A program made the translations under genes and the position numbers. The notes under the pieces were generated by a model that was not told where the DNA came from, made no database searches, and was given only the letters and a program-made list of their open reading frames with translations. Positions 10,744 through 21,079 of a stretch of 64,000 nucleotides of DNA are shown piece by piece. How positions within the stretch are numbered: the stretch's first letter is position 1; every line of letters begins with the position of its first letter. Origin of the DNA: an uncultured Pseudomonadota bacterium (GTDB taxonomy: Bacteria; Oederibacteriota; Muellerivitia; Muellerivitales; Muellerivitaceae); the NCBI GenBank assembly GCA_963843375.1, contig CAWJKT010000011.1:160001-224000 (forward strand), in the 5' to 3' direction.

Positions 10744-11388
10744 TTAGGCGGTCTTGCTATTTCCGGGGTCCATGAAAGCGAAGAGGACAATCCCCGTCAG
10801 GAAACCGCCCACATGGGCCCAAAAGGCCACGCCCCCCATCATGGGATTGGAATTAATGGCCATAAAGTATTGCTCGAGAAACCAGATACCCACCACGAGA
10901 AAGGCCCGGGCAGGGATCGCAAAGATCGGAAAGACGATGAAGAAAAATTGCAGCCTCATTTTTTGCCAGGGGAACATCACCATATAGAGGGCACAAATGC
11001 CGGAGATGGCCCCGGAAGCGCCGACAAGCGGCAAAGACGAATGGGGGTTCACCGTGTATTGCAGGAAGCATGCGCCAAACCCTGAGAGCAGGTATGCGAT
11101 GAGGTAGTTCATCCTGCCCAGCCGCTCCTCCACGTTATCCCCGAAGACGTAAAGAAAGTACATGTTGCCTAGGAGATGGGCGATACCCGCGTGTAGGAAC
11201 ATGGATGAAATCACGTTTTGGATATGTGGATGGGCGGGGGTGAAGCCGTAATGCCAGACAATGCGATCGAAGGACTGGCGGAAAAAGGTCTTGAAAAAAA
11301 TGTAAAAATTAAGGGTGATCAAGGCCACGTTCGCCAAGGGAAACTTGCGAGGAGGGTTACCCTCTTGTACCGGAAGGAACCAGAACAT
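10744..11388 (-). CDS. Rhomboid family intramembrane serine protease
   Basis: SMFLHAGIAHLLGNM, GASGA catalytic Ser motif, AFWAHVGGF. Confidence 0.95.
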   Translation of the reverse strand: MFWFLPVQEGNPPRKFPLANVALITLNFYIFFKTFFRQSFDRIVWHYGFTPAHPHIQNVISSMFLHAGIAHLLGNMYFLYVFGDNVEERLGRMNYLIAYLLSGFGACFLQYTVNPHSSLPLVGASGAISGICALYMVMFPWQKMRLQFFFIVFPIFAIPARAFLVVGIWFLEQYFMAINSNPMMGGVAFWAHVGGFLTGIVLFAFMDPGNSKTA

Positions 11389-11664
11389 GGTTTTTCCTCA
11401 TTTCGTAAGATAGGGGGGTCGCCAGGAGGCACATTATGCCCCCTAACAAAAATCAAAAAAAGGTTGTTGCGCGATCCAGTTCAGCATGAACGGCGATAGA
11501 CGGAATTCAAAAAAATTTGAAATGGGCTTTATTTTGCCTTACTTACGCTGATTTTCCATTAAAAGAAGAAATCTAGAAACCTCTTTTCCGGCTTTGGAAA
11601 AGGCTGTGGATCCACACGGGGTTATTTTTATTCGATATTTTTAACCGATCCAAGTTAAACTTGG

Positions 11665-13923
11665 ATGCGGAAGGAATTATTTTTGAAAAAGAGACCCCTG
11701 CCAAAAAAAGGCAGAAAAAACCCCAGGCCGTCCCCCAAGGCTATTTCCCGGGACTCCGTTCCAACCGACGTCCCGCTTAAAAAGACAGGGCTGGACGCAG
11801 GCTATGGGCGCATTTTTGAAATAAATTCCATTTATGCTTGCGGATTGTTCGCGCTATTCACCGCCCTTTTCCTTTGGCCCTTTTTAACCCACCGCGACTG
11901 GATACCCGGCAATGGGGATATGGAATTCATTTGGCCTTACCGGTATGTCTGGATTGAAAGTCTCAAAAGGGGTTATCCGATGTTATGGAACCCCTATAGC
12001 AGCCTGGGCCAGCCTTTTTTGGCCAATTGCAATCCCCAGGTTTTCGCCCCTTTTAATTTTTTGTTTTTCTTTTTGCCCACGAGTTACGGTTTCACTTGGA
12101 GCTATTTCTTCCATTTTCTAATTGCGGCCTTTGGTACCTACCTTTTTATCCGTGGCCTTGGAACCGGCTGGACGGCGGCCTGCCTGGGAGGGTTGGCATT
12201 CGCCTTTTCTGGATTTTTCATGGGCCATTTTTTGTTCGGTGGGCATAACTCGGTGAATGGGGCGGCTTGGCTTCCATTAGTCCTCTATGGACTCAAGCGA
12301 TTTTTGGACTTGCGCCAGTTTTCCGCCCTCCTGCTTTCCTCCGCGGCTTTCGGCTGCTTGAGTCTGGACGCGATGCCCCAATATGTATTTTATACCCTGA
12401 TGATAACGGGTTTTTTTCTGGTTTGGACCTGGATTTCGGGAGGGATTAACTGGAAGGGGCTTTTGAAGACGGAAGTCCTATTCATCGCGATGAGTTTTTC
12501 ACTGGGACTCTGCCAATTGGCGCCGACTTTCCAAATGGCTCAATTAAGCAACCGCTGGTCCTGGAATATGAAAGAAATCATGCGCGATTGTTTTGTTCCC
12601 GAGAACTTTCGTTTCCTGATCAGTCCTTTTTCAATGGGAATCCCGGAACATGATTATCATGGAACGGGCGGATACGCGGAGGTCATCATTTATATCGGGG
12701 TCATCCCGATAATCCTGGCCTTCTTCGGGTTTTGGGGATTGTTGAAAAGGCCCATGGTTCGGTGGTTTGGCCTAGTGGCCGTTTTAAGCATGCTCTTGGC
12801 CATGGCCGACAGCACCCCCTTCACCCATTATGTTTATATGTTCTTTTCAAAAATCCTTCCCGGATTATCTCACAACCGGGAAGTGAGCCGCATCATGGTA
12901 TTGACGGCTTTTGCCTTGGCTTGTTTGGCCGGTTTGGCTTTGGACGCTTGGACCCGGTACTGGCGGCAGAAGCCGGGCCTGCCCGGTCTTTCCCGGGCCT
13001 TCCTGGTGTTTTGGGTCCCGGCCTTCCTGCTCTTGGGTACGGCCGTCGACCTTTACCGGTTCGATGCGCCACATGCCGCCGGTTACGGCGGCTCCTCCGC
13101 TTTTTTTACCGATTTATTTCCGGCGGATCTCCTTCAAAAGATAAAGGAGGACCCCACCTATCCGAGGGTCCAGCCTGGAAGCACCTACTGCGAATATCAG
13201 CTCCTTCAAAACATCAGTTCGGTTTACACCGGCTGCACCTCCTTTTTCATTCAGACTACCCAAGATTACATTGACGAGGAATATGGCCACCCGGATTCGC
13301 CGTTGGTGGATTTGATCAACCTCAAATACTCTTATCGACCGGATGGTTCCCAACCCACTCCCCGTTGGCAAAGGGTTCCAGGAATCGTCCCTGGCTCGGT
13401 TTGGGAGAATACCCAGGTTTATCCCCGCGCTTTCATGGTGGGCGGTTACAGCGTTGATCCGGATTATAGCCAAGCCATTTCCGAAATCCGGGATGGGAAG
13501 GTGGATCCCCGCCAGGAAGTGGTTTTGACCCAGGATCCATCTGAAAAACCCGAGGGGCCGAAGGGTTGGGTGGGGGAAGCCAAAATTACCCGTTACGATT
13601 ATAACGACCTGGAAATCGAATGCACGAACAACCGGCCTTGTTTTCTTTTTCTTTCCGATGCCTATTATCCTGGCTGGAAGTCGTGGGTGGACGGGAAGGA
13701 GGGACCCATTTATCTGGCGGATGGAACGTTCCGGGCGGTCCCCCTTTTAAACGCCGGCAGTCATCGGGTTAAAATGTCCTACTATCCCCCGATCATCATT
13801 TACAGCTTCTTTTATTCGTTGTTCGCCTGGATAGCTCTGGCGGTCGGCTGGGCCTTTCATAGCCGGTTAGATCAATGGTTCTCGACCCGATTTGGAGAAA
13901 TTTTTTCTTTGCCCAGCCGTTGA
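11665..13923 (+). CDS. YfhO-like polytopic membrane protein (GT-C-like)
   Basis: PMLWNPYSSLGQPFLAN, many TM helices, C-terminal LSDAYYPGWKSWVDG...FRAVPL..G.H.V.M.Y. Confidence 0.85.
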   Translation: MRKELFLKKRPLPKKGRKNPRPSPKAISRDSVPTDVPLKKTGLDAGYGRIFEINSIYACGLFALFTALFLWPFLTHRDWIPGNGDMEFIWPYRYVWIESLKRGYPMLWNPYSSLGQPFLANCNPQVFAPFNFLFFFLPTSYGFTWSYFFHFLIAAFGTYLFIRGLGTGWTAACLGGLAFAFSGFFMGHFLFGGHNSVNGAAWLPLVLYGLKRFLDLRQFSALLLSSAAFGCLSLDAMPQYVFYTLMITGFFLVWTWISGGINWKGLLKTEVLFIAMSFSLGLCQLAPTFQMAQLSNRWSWNMKEIMRDCFVPENFRFLISPFSMGIPEHDYHGTGGYAEVIIYIGVIPIILAFFGFWGLLKRPMVRWFGLVAVLSMLLAMADSTPFTHYVYMFFSKILPGLSHNREVSRIMVLTAFALACLAGLALDAWTRYWRQKPGLPGLSRAFLVFWVPAFLLLGTAVDLYRFDAPHAAGYGGSSAFFTDLFPADLLQKIKEDPTYPRVQPGSTYCEYQLLQNISSVYTGCTSFFIQTTQDYIDEEYGHPDSPLVDLINLKYSYRPDGSQPTPRWQRVPGIVPGSVWENTQVYPRAFMVGGYSVDPDYSQAISEIRDGKVDPRQEVVLTQDPSEKPEGPKGWVGEAKITRYDYNDLEIECTNNRPCFLFLSDAYYPGWKSWVDGKEGPIYLADGTFRAVPLLNAGSHRVKMSYYPPIIIYSFFYSLFAWIALAVGWAFHSRLDQWFSTRFGEIFSLPSR

Positions 13924-13952
13924 AAAGATAAAAAGGGACAAGGTCACCCGTT

Positions 13953-15099
13953 TCAACTCACCCGTGAAAGCCATTCGGGTTTGATAATGATCTCCGCGGG
14001 CTGGACAAGGTTGGGGTCTCGGTTTGGGATCTTCCACACGCCAGGGATAGGAGTGGAGCACTTGAGGCATATTCCTTCCGTCCCCAGCAGGTTTCGCAGG
14101 ACTTGAAAGCCGTAACGCTCGATTAAAAGTTCCCCGCAGGAAGGGCAGTAGGTGTTTTCGGTGGTGCCGACCTCTCCGGGGCGGTTGCCCGAGTAAACAT
14201 AATGCGAGCCCGGCGGCCTTGCCGATCTGGTAGCTCACGTTCAATTTATCCGGGTCGGTCCAATCCAGGTCTTCCATCTTATAGTCCGGATGGAACGCCG
14301 TGACATGCCAGGGGATATCCCTGGAGATGGAAGCCAGGAATTCCGCCATGGCCTGTAGTTCCTTTTCGCTGTCGTTCAACCCTGGAACCACCAGAGTCAC
14401 TACTTCCAGCCAGAAACCCATGGCTTTCAACCGCTCAATGGATTCCAAAACCGGTTTCAAGGTTCCCCCGATATTGCGGCGGTAGGTTTTGTCGTTGAAG
14501 CATTTTAAATCCACCTTATAGAGATCCACCCAGGGGCGTAAGAACTCCAACACTTCTTTCGTGGCGTTGCCGTTGGAAACATAGGAGGTTAAAAGCCCTA
14601 GGGTCCGGGCCTGCTTGAAAACCTCCACGGCCCACTCGCTGGTAATCAAAGGCTCGTTGTAAGTGGAGGTGATGGTTTGGCAATGGTGTTTCAGGGCGGC
14701 TGCCGCCAGTTCCTGGGCGGTCAGGTCTTGAGGCCGGGCTCCATTTTGTTCGGAAGCCGGGTCTCGTAAAGCTTGGCTGGTAATCCAGTTCTGGCAGTAA
14801 TCGCAATGATAATCGCAACCCAACATGCCGAAGGAAAAGGCCCGGGTGCCGGGAAGGGCGTGGAAAAAAGGCTTCTTCTCGATGGGATCCACCTGCAGGG
14901 CGCCCACGTAATTACGGGGAACCTTCAGACGTCCATTCTCATTATAACGGACTTTGCAGATGCCCTTTTTCCCTTCCGGAATGCGGCATCGATGGGAGCA
15001 GGCATAACATTGCACCCGGTTTTCGGAAAGCTTTTCATAAAGCAATCCTTCCGTGGTGCGATCCGCCAGCAATTGTTCCAGAGTCGGCGTTTTCGGCAT
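13953..15099 (-). CDS. amrS: AmmeMemoRadiSam system radical SAM enzyme; frameshift near 14200
   Basis: CYACSHRC, DPIEKKPFFH, GCDYHCDYCQNW (CxxxCxxC), WHVTAFHPDYKM. Shifted frame restores YVYSGN...ENTYCPSCG...C.KC and a stop at 13953. Confidence 0.88.
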
Positions 15100-15170
15100 G
15101 ATTTACCCTTCTATATAGTAGGCCTCGAGTAGAGGGAAAAAAAGATGCGCCTTGTTCAAAAAGGCGTAAA

Positions 15171-16598
15171 ATGGCCCTCCCATTGGAGAAAAAAATGGCG
15201 CCTAGCCCAAAGACAAAATCAGAAAAAGAAAAAAAGAACCTCAGCCTCAAACCTTCCCGGGCCGCCCGCAAGGCCCTGGAAGGACTGGATTCCCTGATAT
15301 TACTGGTGGATGTATTCATGGATGAAGCGGGCCTGGAATTCAGGAGGCTCCTGAAATGGCTGGCCAAAGAGGATCGGGAAAAACTAAAGGGTCCCCGTCG
15401 TTACGGCAAATTGTGGAAAGCCCTGGTGGAAAGGCAAGAGTTCATCCGTCATTCCCGGGTGGGGAATATCCTGCAGGACCATTTCTTGGAAAGGCTTTTG
15501 GAAAATGACAATTCCTTCCACCGCAAAGCCGAACTGACCCGTCTCTCGCAAATAGGCCCTTCCTTAAGCGACGCCTATTTGTTGGAACTGGAGGTGATCC
15601 AGAAGATTTTAAAAACCGATTGGGAGGCCGAGTTCCTGAACTTGTCCGGATTGCTGGGCAAGAAGGCCACTCCCTCATTAGAAAGCACCCGCGGATTAGC
15701 CGAAAACCAATCGTCGTCTCCCTCTCTGGAAGCCCAGGAAGCCATAAAGCGAAAAATTCTTTTCAGTTCCAAGGGAAACCCCCTCCTGGATGAAGTTGCG
15801 GGGCATTTTTTCCAAAACGGCTGGGGTCTATTCGGGCGTTATCGGGCCTTCCGCTGGGAGGATCGGGGCGAGAGAAAGAAGGGGCTGGTGGGCATTGAGG
15901 CCGTGGATCCTATCCGCTTGGAAGACCTCGTGGGGTATGACGAACAACGCGGGCCCCTTCTGGAGAATATCGAAGCCTTCGTAGCGGGCAAGCCCGCCAA
16001 TAATGTCCTCCTCTACGGCGAAAGGGGAACGGGAAAGTCCTCCACCGTCAAAGCTCTCCTAAACCAATATCATCAGAAGGGTTTACGGCTGGTGGAGGTG
16101 GCACCCCAGGAACTTAAGGAATTGCACGACATCTTTCCCCACTTGAGGGGCCGCCGGGAAAAGTTCATCCTTTTCGTAGACGATCTTTCCTTCGAGGATA
16201 ACGAGACTTCCTATAAAGGGTTGAAAGCCCTGTTGGAAGGAACCTTGGAAGCTACCCCCGGAAACGTCATCGTGATTGCAACATCCAACCGCCGACACCT
16301 GATCCGGGAGTTTTTCGACGACCGTTTGGGCGGGGTCCAGAAAGGGGGCGAAATCCACGGAGCGGATACCGTGGAGGAAAAACTTTCTCTAGCCGACCGT
16401 TTCGGCTTGGTCATCTCCTTTTACACCCCCGACCAGGAAACCTACTTTAAAATGGTTGATAGCTGGGCAAAAATGGAAGGCATCAAAATGAAATCCCAGG
16501 AACTCCATGCCCGGGCGATCCAATGGGAAAAGTCCAACAACGTCCGCTCCGGCCGCACCGCGAGACAATTTATTAATGACCTTAAAGGAAAAATCTGA
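15171..16598 (+). CDS. DUF815 family AAA+ ATP-binding protein
   Basis: PANNVLLYGERGTGKSS Walker A, FVDDLSFE, ATSNRRHL, EEKLSLADRFG, RSGRTARQF. Confidence 0.92.
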   Translation: MALPLEKKMAPSPKTKSEKEKKNLSLKPSRAARKALEGLDSLILLVDVFMDEAGLEFRRLLKWLAKEDREKLKGPRRYGKLWKALVERQEFIRHSRVGNILQDHFLERLLENDNSFHRKAELTRLSQIGPSLSDAYLLELEVIQKILKTDWEAEFLNLSGLLGKKATPSLESTRGLAENQSSSPSLEAQEAIKRKILFSSKGNPLLDEVAGHFFQNGWGLFGRYRAFRWEDRGERKKGLVGIEAVDPIRLEDLVGYDEQRGPLLENIEAFVAGKPANNVLLYGERGTGKSSTVKALLNQYHQKGLRLVEVAPQELKELHDIFPHLRGRREKFILFVDDLSFEDNETSYKGLKALLEGTLEATPGNVIVIATSNRRHLIREFFDDRLGGVQKGGEIHGADTVEEKLSLADRFGLVISFYTPDQETYFKMVDSWAKMEGIKMKSQELHARAIQWEKSNNVRSGRTARQFINDLKGKI

Positions 16599-17074
16599 TG
16601 GCCGTTGATCTTTCGGTTTTTAAGAATGCCGCCCCTTACCGGGGTTTCCGGGAGGAAGATTGGAATATCCTTGCCGACCGGCTCAAGGAAGTCCACTCGA
16701 GCGGGGGCGATGTGGTTTTCCGGGAAAAGGAACCGGGTGACGGTTTTTATTTCATCCGGGCGGGCAAGGTAAAAATCAGCAAGCAGGTCGTCCCGGAAGG
16801 GAAAAAGATGTCGCAGGAAATGCTCCTGGCGGTTTTGACCGCTGGAAACCTCTTCGGAGAAATGGCCTTGGTGGACGGGACGCCTCGTTCGGCGGATGCC
16901 ATCGTGGAAGAAAACGCCATCCTTTATTACATGTCCCAGGAAGAATACGAGAAACTGGAAAGGGAACATCCCCGTACCGCTCTGCGCATTCAGGATATCC
17001 TGGTTTCGACCCTCTGTTCCCGCATCCGGGAGGCCAACCGGAGCTTCGAGCTTATCCGTTTCTGGTGCACATGA
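16598..17074 (+). CDS. Stand-alone cyclic nucleotide-binding domain protein
   Basis: GNLFGEMALVDGTPRSADA phosphate-binding cassette; no HTH. Confidence 0.9.
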   Translation: MAVDLSVFKNAAPYRGFREEDWNILADRLKEVHSSGGDVVFREKEPGDGFYFIRAGKVKISKQVVPEGKKMSQEMLLAVLTAGNLFGEMALVDGTPRSADAIVEENAILYYMSQEEYEKLEREHPRTALRIQDILVSTLCSRIREANRSFELIRFWCT

Positions 17075-18027
17075 GAATCCGGATCCGGTTTTTAATCGGC
17101 TTTTTTTGGGTTTTGGTTTTTTTTCAACCCCTGGCGGCCCAGACCAAAGAGTCCGCCGTCAAAACCCTCATTCCCGACCTTATCCTCTGCGGTAAAAAGC
17201 ATAACAACCTGTTCCACATCCGCCGTGGCAAAATGAATTGGGATTGTCCATTTGATGGCCCCCTCAAAGACGTCCAGCCCCAACCGGAGGCCGGCACTTA
17301 CCTGGTGACGGGGGCTTCGCAGCAAGTCGCGCTGATCCAAAAGATTTGGAAAGGGTGCAAAACCCTTTGGGATTGGACCGGCTTGGAGGGCGTTATGGTG
17401 GAAAGCGCCGTCGTGGCCGATTGGGACGAAAAGGATAAACCCGCCCTGATCCTGGCGGCTGATTCCCTTAATCAGCGGCTTTTTTTGGCGGACGCCAAGT
17501 CAAATGATCCCAAAATACGCTGGGAATACAAACTACCAGCCCCGCCCCGGCGGGTGCACCTTTGCACCGACAGCGGGAATTTCCTGGTGACTCTTCATGA
17601 TTCGACCGTGGAGGAAATTTTTTTCCAGGAGGATAAGGTTGTCATGACCCTGGGTAAGACCGAGGGGTTGCTGGATGCACGGGACGCCGTGCGGGACCCC
17701 TGGGCGAATACTTACGTGGCGGACGCGGGGCAAGGGGACATACTTTCTTTCGGGCCGAAGAGGCAGCTCAATTGGAAAACGCACCTTCCCTTCGCGCCCG
17801 GGTCCTTTGAGGAAATGTCCTTGGCCCTCTTCCGTAAAAGCGGGAAGCGTCTTTTACTGGCGGCTGTGCATTTTTTGGGTGAGGGTTCGGCGGCTCTGAA
17901 TGTCGTTTATGTCTTGAATACGGAAACCGGAAAGGTTTTGGCCTGGAACGACCAGGATGAAAAAGGCGGTTACCCGGCCTTTTTCAAGGCCATTCCGGAC
18001 AAGGCCGAGTATTTCAAGAAACAGTAG
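17071..18027 (+). CDS. Exported hypothetical protein (possible beta-propeller)
   Basis: ATGA overlap with the previous gene; signal peptide; NHL/PQQ-like strands (NTYVADAGQG). Confidence 0.6.
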   Translation: MRIRIRFLIGFFWVLVFFQPLAAQTKESAVKTLIPDLILCGKKHNNLFHIRRGKMNWDCPFDGPLKDVQPQPEAGTYLVTGASQQVALIQKIWKGCKTLWDWTGLEGVMVESAVVADWDEKDKPALILAADSLNQRLFLADAKSNDPKIRWEYKLPAPPRRVHLCTDSGNFLVTLHDSTVEEIFFQEDKVVMTLGKTEGLLDARDAVRDPWANTYVADAGQGDILSFGPKRQLNWKTHLPFAPGSFEEMSLALFRKSGKRLLLAAVHFLGEGSAALNVVYVLNTETGKVLAWNDQDEKGGYPAFFKAIPDKAEYFKKQ

Positions 18028-18042
18028 GAGAAGGGGAAATCC

Positions 18043-19164
18043 ATGAAAGAAAAAATGACCAAAAGTTTTATGGCGGTCGTATTCCTGTCATTGACGGGGG
18101 CGCTTTGCGCCGGACCCGCTTTCCTCACGGACGAGGAAATCTTGCGCTTGCGAAACCTTGACAGGACTTCCCTTGAAGCCGCGCCTTGGGTTCAATCCAT
18201 TGAGAACCAAGCCCAAGAAGCACTGGGGCTCGCCCCCAACCCGATCGACCAAATTCAAACCGCCGGTCAGTTGAAGGGAAGCGATGAAAAGGAAAAGACC
18301 CAGGAAGCCTTGAAGGATATGCCCCGGATGCGGGCTCTGGGCCTTGCCTATACCTTAACCGGACGGGAGGATTTCCGCCTCAAAGCCGGAGCCTATGTCC
18401 TCTCCTGGACCAAGACCTGCCAACCCCCGGAAAACGCCATCGACGCCACCAACCTGGAAGCCCTATTGGAAACCTATGACCTAATTCGGGCGAAAATGGA
18501 ACCGGGCTACCGTAAAGAGGTTGATGATTGGGTCCGGTCCGTCGCCCAAACTCTCATCACCTCCGACAATCCTCGGAAAGGCACCTATTGGAACAACCAT
18601 AAAACCCACCGTCTCAAGATCATCGCCCTGGCAGCGTTCGTTTTGAATGACTCGGACCTGGAAAAACAAACCTTGGAAACCATTCAAAGCTTGATGGAGA
18701 AAAATTTGAATCCTGATGGAACCACCCTGGACTTCCTGGAACGGGACGCCCTTCATTACCAGGTTTACGATTTGGAACCCTTTATCCGAACGGCCATCCT
18801 CTACCAAAGGGCGATGAACATGGATCTATATGACTGGAAGACGAGCCGGGGAGCTTCGGTCAGCCAATGCGTGGCTTTCGTCATACCCTTTGCCAAGGGA
18901 GAGAAAACCCATGCCGAATATGTTCATACCACCGTGAAGTTTGACCTTCAGCGGGCCCAGAACAATGAAAAGGGGCACGAAATAGGAGCGAGTTTTCCGC
19001 CCCAGGGCGCTTTGAAATGCTTGGAACTGGCCCAGTTTTTCCAGCCGGATTTGAAATCTTTGGTGGGAACCTTGGCCAACAAGCCGGATGCGGCCTATCC
19101 GACCTTGCAGATTCTTTTGAACGAAGCCACCCGGCCTTCCCCTAACCCTTTATCTAAACCATGA
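18043..19164 (+). CDS. Exported alginate-lyase-family (alpha/alpha toroid) polysaccharide lyase
   Basis: Signal peptide; WNNH and ERDALHYQVYDLEP motifs. Confidence 0.75.
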   Translation: MKEKMTKSFMAVVFLSLTGALCAGPAFLTDEEILRLRNLDRTSLEAAPWVQSIENQAQEALGLAPNPIDQIQTAGQLKGSDEKEKTQEALKDMPRMRALGLAYTLTGREDFRLKAGAYVLSWTKTCQPPENAIDATNLEALLETYDLIRAKMEPGYRKEVDDWVRSVAQTLITSDNPRKGTYWNNHKTHRLKIIALAAFVLNDSDLEKQTLETIQSLMEKNLNPDGTTLDFLERDALHYQVYDLEPFIRTAILYQRAMNMDLYDWKTSRGASVSQCVAFVIPFAKGEKTHAEYVHTTVKFDLQRAQNNEKGHEIGASFPPQGALKCLELAQFFQPDLKSLVGTLANKPDAAYPTLQILLNEATRPSPNPLSKP

Positions 19165-19906
19165 ATCCCTGGCCTGAAGATTTACCTAAACGATTGAAAG
19201 ACTGCCGAAAGATTTGCGTTCTGACGGGCGCGGGCATTTCGACAGAATCGGGCATATCCACTTTTCGGGGCGTGGGCGGCCAATGGGAGAAAATTGATCC
19301 CATGAAGTTAGCTTCTGCGGAAGCTTTTTCCAAGGACCCCAAATACGTGTGGGAATGGTATGAGGTCCGGCGGCGCCAAGCGGCGGAGGCCGAACCCAAC
19401 CGGGGGCACGAGGTTTTGGCCTGGATGGAAGAATTTTTTCCTGAGGTGACGCTCATTACCCAAAACGTGGACCGGCTTCACCACAAGGCGGGGAGCCGGA
19501 GGCCCATTGAGCTTCATGGAAGTTTGTGGATGGTCCGATGCACGAGGGGATGCGGTGAATGGGAAGACCGGCATGAACTGGTGAATCTTCCTCCTAAGTG
19601 CCCTCAATGCGGAGCCCTGTTACGCCCCGGAGTGGTTTGGTTCGGGGAGGGATTCCCGTGGAGCCTTGGGCCCAGGCCGAGGAAGCCTCTAGGGAATGCG
19701 ACGCTTTTTTCGTCATTGGGACCTCGGCCCTGGTTTATCCCGCTGCCGCCCTGCCCGAAGAGCCGCTTCACCGAAAAAAGTTGGTGATCGAGATCAATCC
19801 CGAAGAAACACCTCTTTCCAGCCTCGTAACCCTTTCCGTTCGATCGGGAGCGGGCGAAGCGCTGGAATCCTTGCGCGAGAAACTTCTGGGAGAAGCTTCC
19901 TCTTGA
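19161..19906 (+). CDS. cobB: NAD-dependent protein deacylase (sirtuin); frameshift near 19650
   Basis: LTGAGISTESGISTFRG, ITQNVDRLH, ELHGS, CxxC/CxxC, RPGVVWFGE. Second frame continues VIGTSALVYPAA...IEINPEET. Confidence 0.9.
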
Positions 19907-21009
19907 ACAGAGTTTATAAATTATTGATTCTAGCGGGATTCCTTTACCCGGTTTTTCAACCCTTGAGGGCTTCGGAAACGGAAAATGAAGTCTTCTCGGG
20001 GAAGATTAGCGCCGAGGCGGGTGGTTTCCAGTCCCCCGGAAGCGATCTGGCAACCTACCAATACTCGAATCTATCCTTGGAAAGCGCTCAGGACCTTTTG
20101 CCTGAACTTTCCCTGGGCCTGGAGGGAGAAGCGAATTGGCAGTCGGCGGGATTGCCTATGGCCCCTACTTGGCCTATTTACCCGGCCAACAATGTCTTGA
20201 AACTGGAAACGAACAACTTCTCCTCCTTCGGTGGTGAAGACATTTATTCCCTCCGCATTAACCGGGCTTTCCTTCACCTAGCCACCGGGCGGTTAGATGT
20301 GACGGCGGGTCTCTTTAAACCCGATTGGGGCTACTCCTACTTTTACCGGCCTACGGATTACTTCAATCCCCTTTCGCCCCTGCAATGGCGGCCAGCGGAA
20401 TCCCTGGGGAGTGAGGGGATGGATGCTTCCTGTTTTATGTTCGACGACCTGAGCCTGGAGGGAGCGGTGCGGTTTCTTCAAGGTGGGACGGCCAATGGAG
20501 TTTTAAGGCTCGTGGACAAAGGCATTGGAATAACCGTAACCCCCAGCCTGGCCTGGATGACGGGCCGTGACGGTTTCGGTTTGGAAATGGTTGGAACATT
20601 TCCGACCTTCCAGGTCAGGTTGGAAGGCGAGCATTGGATTTATTCCGATGACCATGCGGCCACTAATTGGAATTTAGGGGTTTCCACCTCCCACGATGGC
20701 GTGAAGTATACGGCCGAGTTTTTAAGAGATGAGACGGGGGAAATCCTCGGGAACTATTCGAAACAAGTCATCCCCACGAGTTATGTTTTTATGACGGCGG
20801 AAGGCAAGTTTTTGGATCAATGGAAGGCCGCGCCGGCCTTCGTGGCCCCCTTGGAAGGAGGCCCGTTCATTTTCTGGCCGAAAGTGAATTGGGATTTTGA
20901 GTCTTCCTGGGAACTGGGTTTCCAGGCCCAATGGCTTATTGGAGCTTGGGAAGGCCCACTAGACCTGTACCCCGGCCGAACCGGGGTTTCCCTGGCTTAT
21001 ACGCTTTGA
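19903..21009 (+). CDS. Exported hypothetical protein, probable outer-membrane beta-barrel
   Basis: TTG start overlapping the cobB stop; signal peptide; DWGYSYFYRPTDYFNP motif seen in porin-like proteins. Confidence 0.6.
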   Translation: MNRVYKLLILAGFLYPVFQPLRASETENEVFSGKISAEAGGFQSPGSDLATYQYSNLSLESAQDLLPELSLGLEGEANWQSAGLPMAPTWPIYPANNVLKLETNNFSSFGGEDIYSLRINRAFLHLATGRLDVTAGLFKPDWGYSYFYRPTDYFNPLSPLQWRPAESLGSEGMDASCFMFDDLSLEGAVRFLQGGTANGVLRLVDKGIGITVTPSLAWMTGRDGFGLEMVGTFPTFQVRLEGEHWIYSDDHAATNWNLGVSTSHDGVKYTAEFLRDETGEILGNYSKQVIPTSYVFMTAEGKFLDQWKAAPAFVAPLEGGPFIFWPKVNWDFESSWELGFQAQWLIGAWEGPLDLYPGRTGVSLAYTL

Positions 21010-21079
21010 AAAAAAACCAGGTCTCGAATTTTTCCAAACCCACCGCTAGGGGAATCCAAAACCGGTCGCCAAACTTTTT

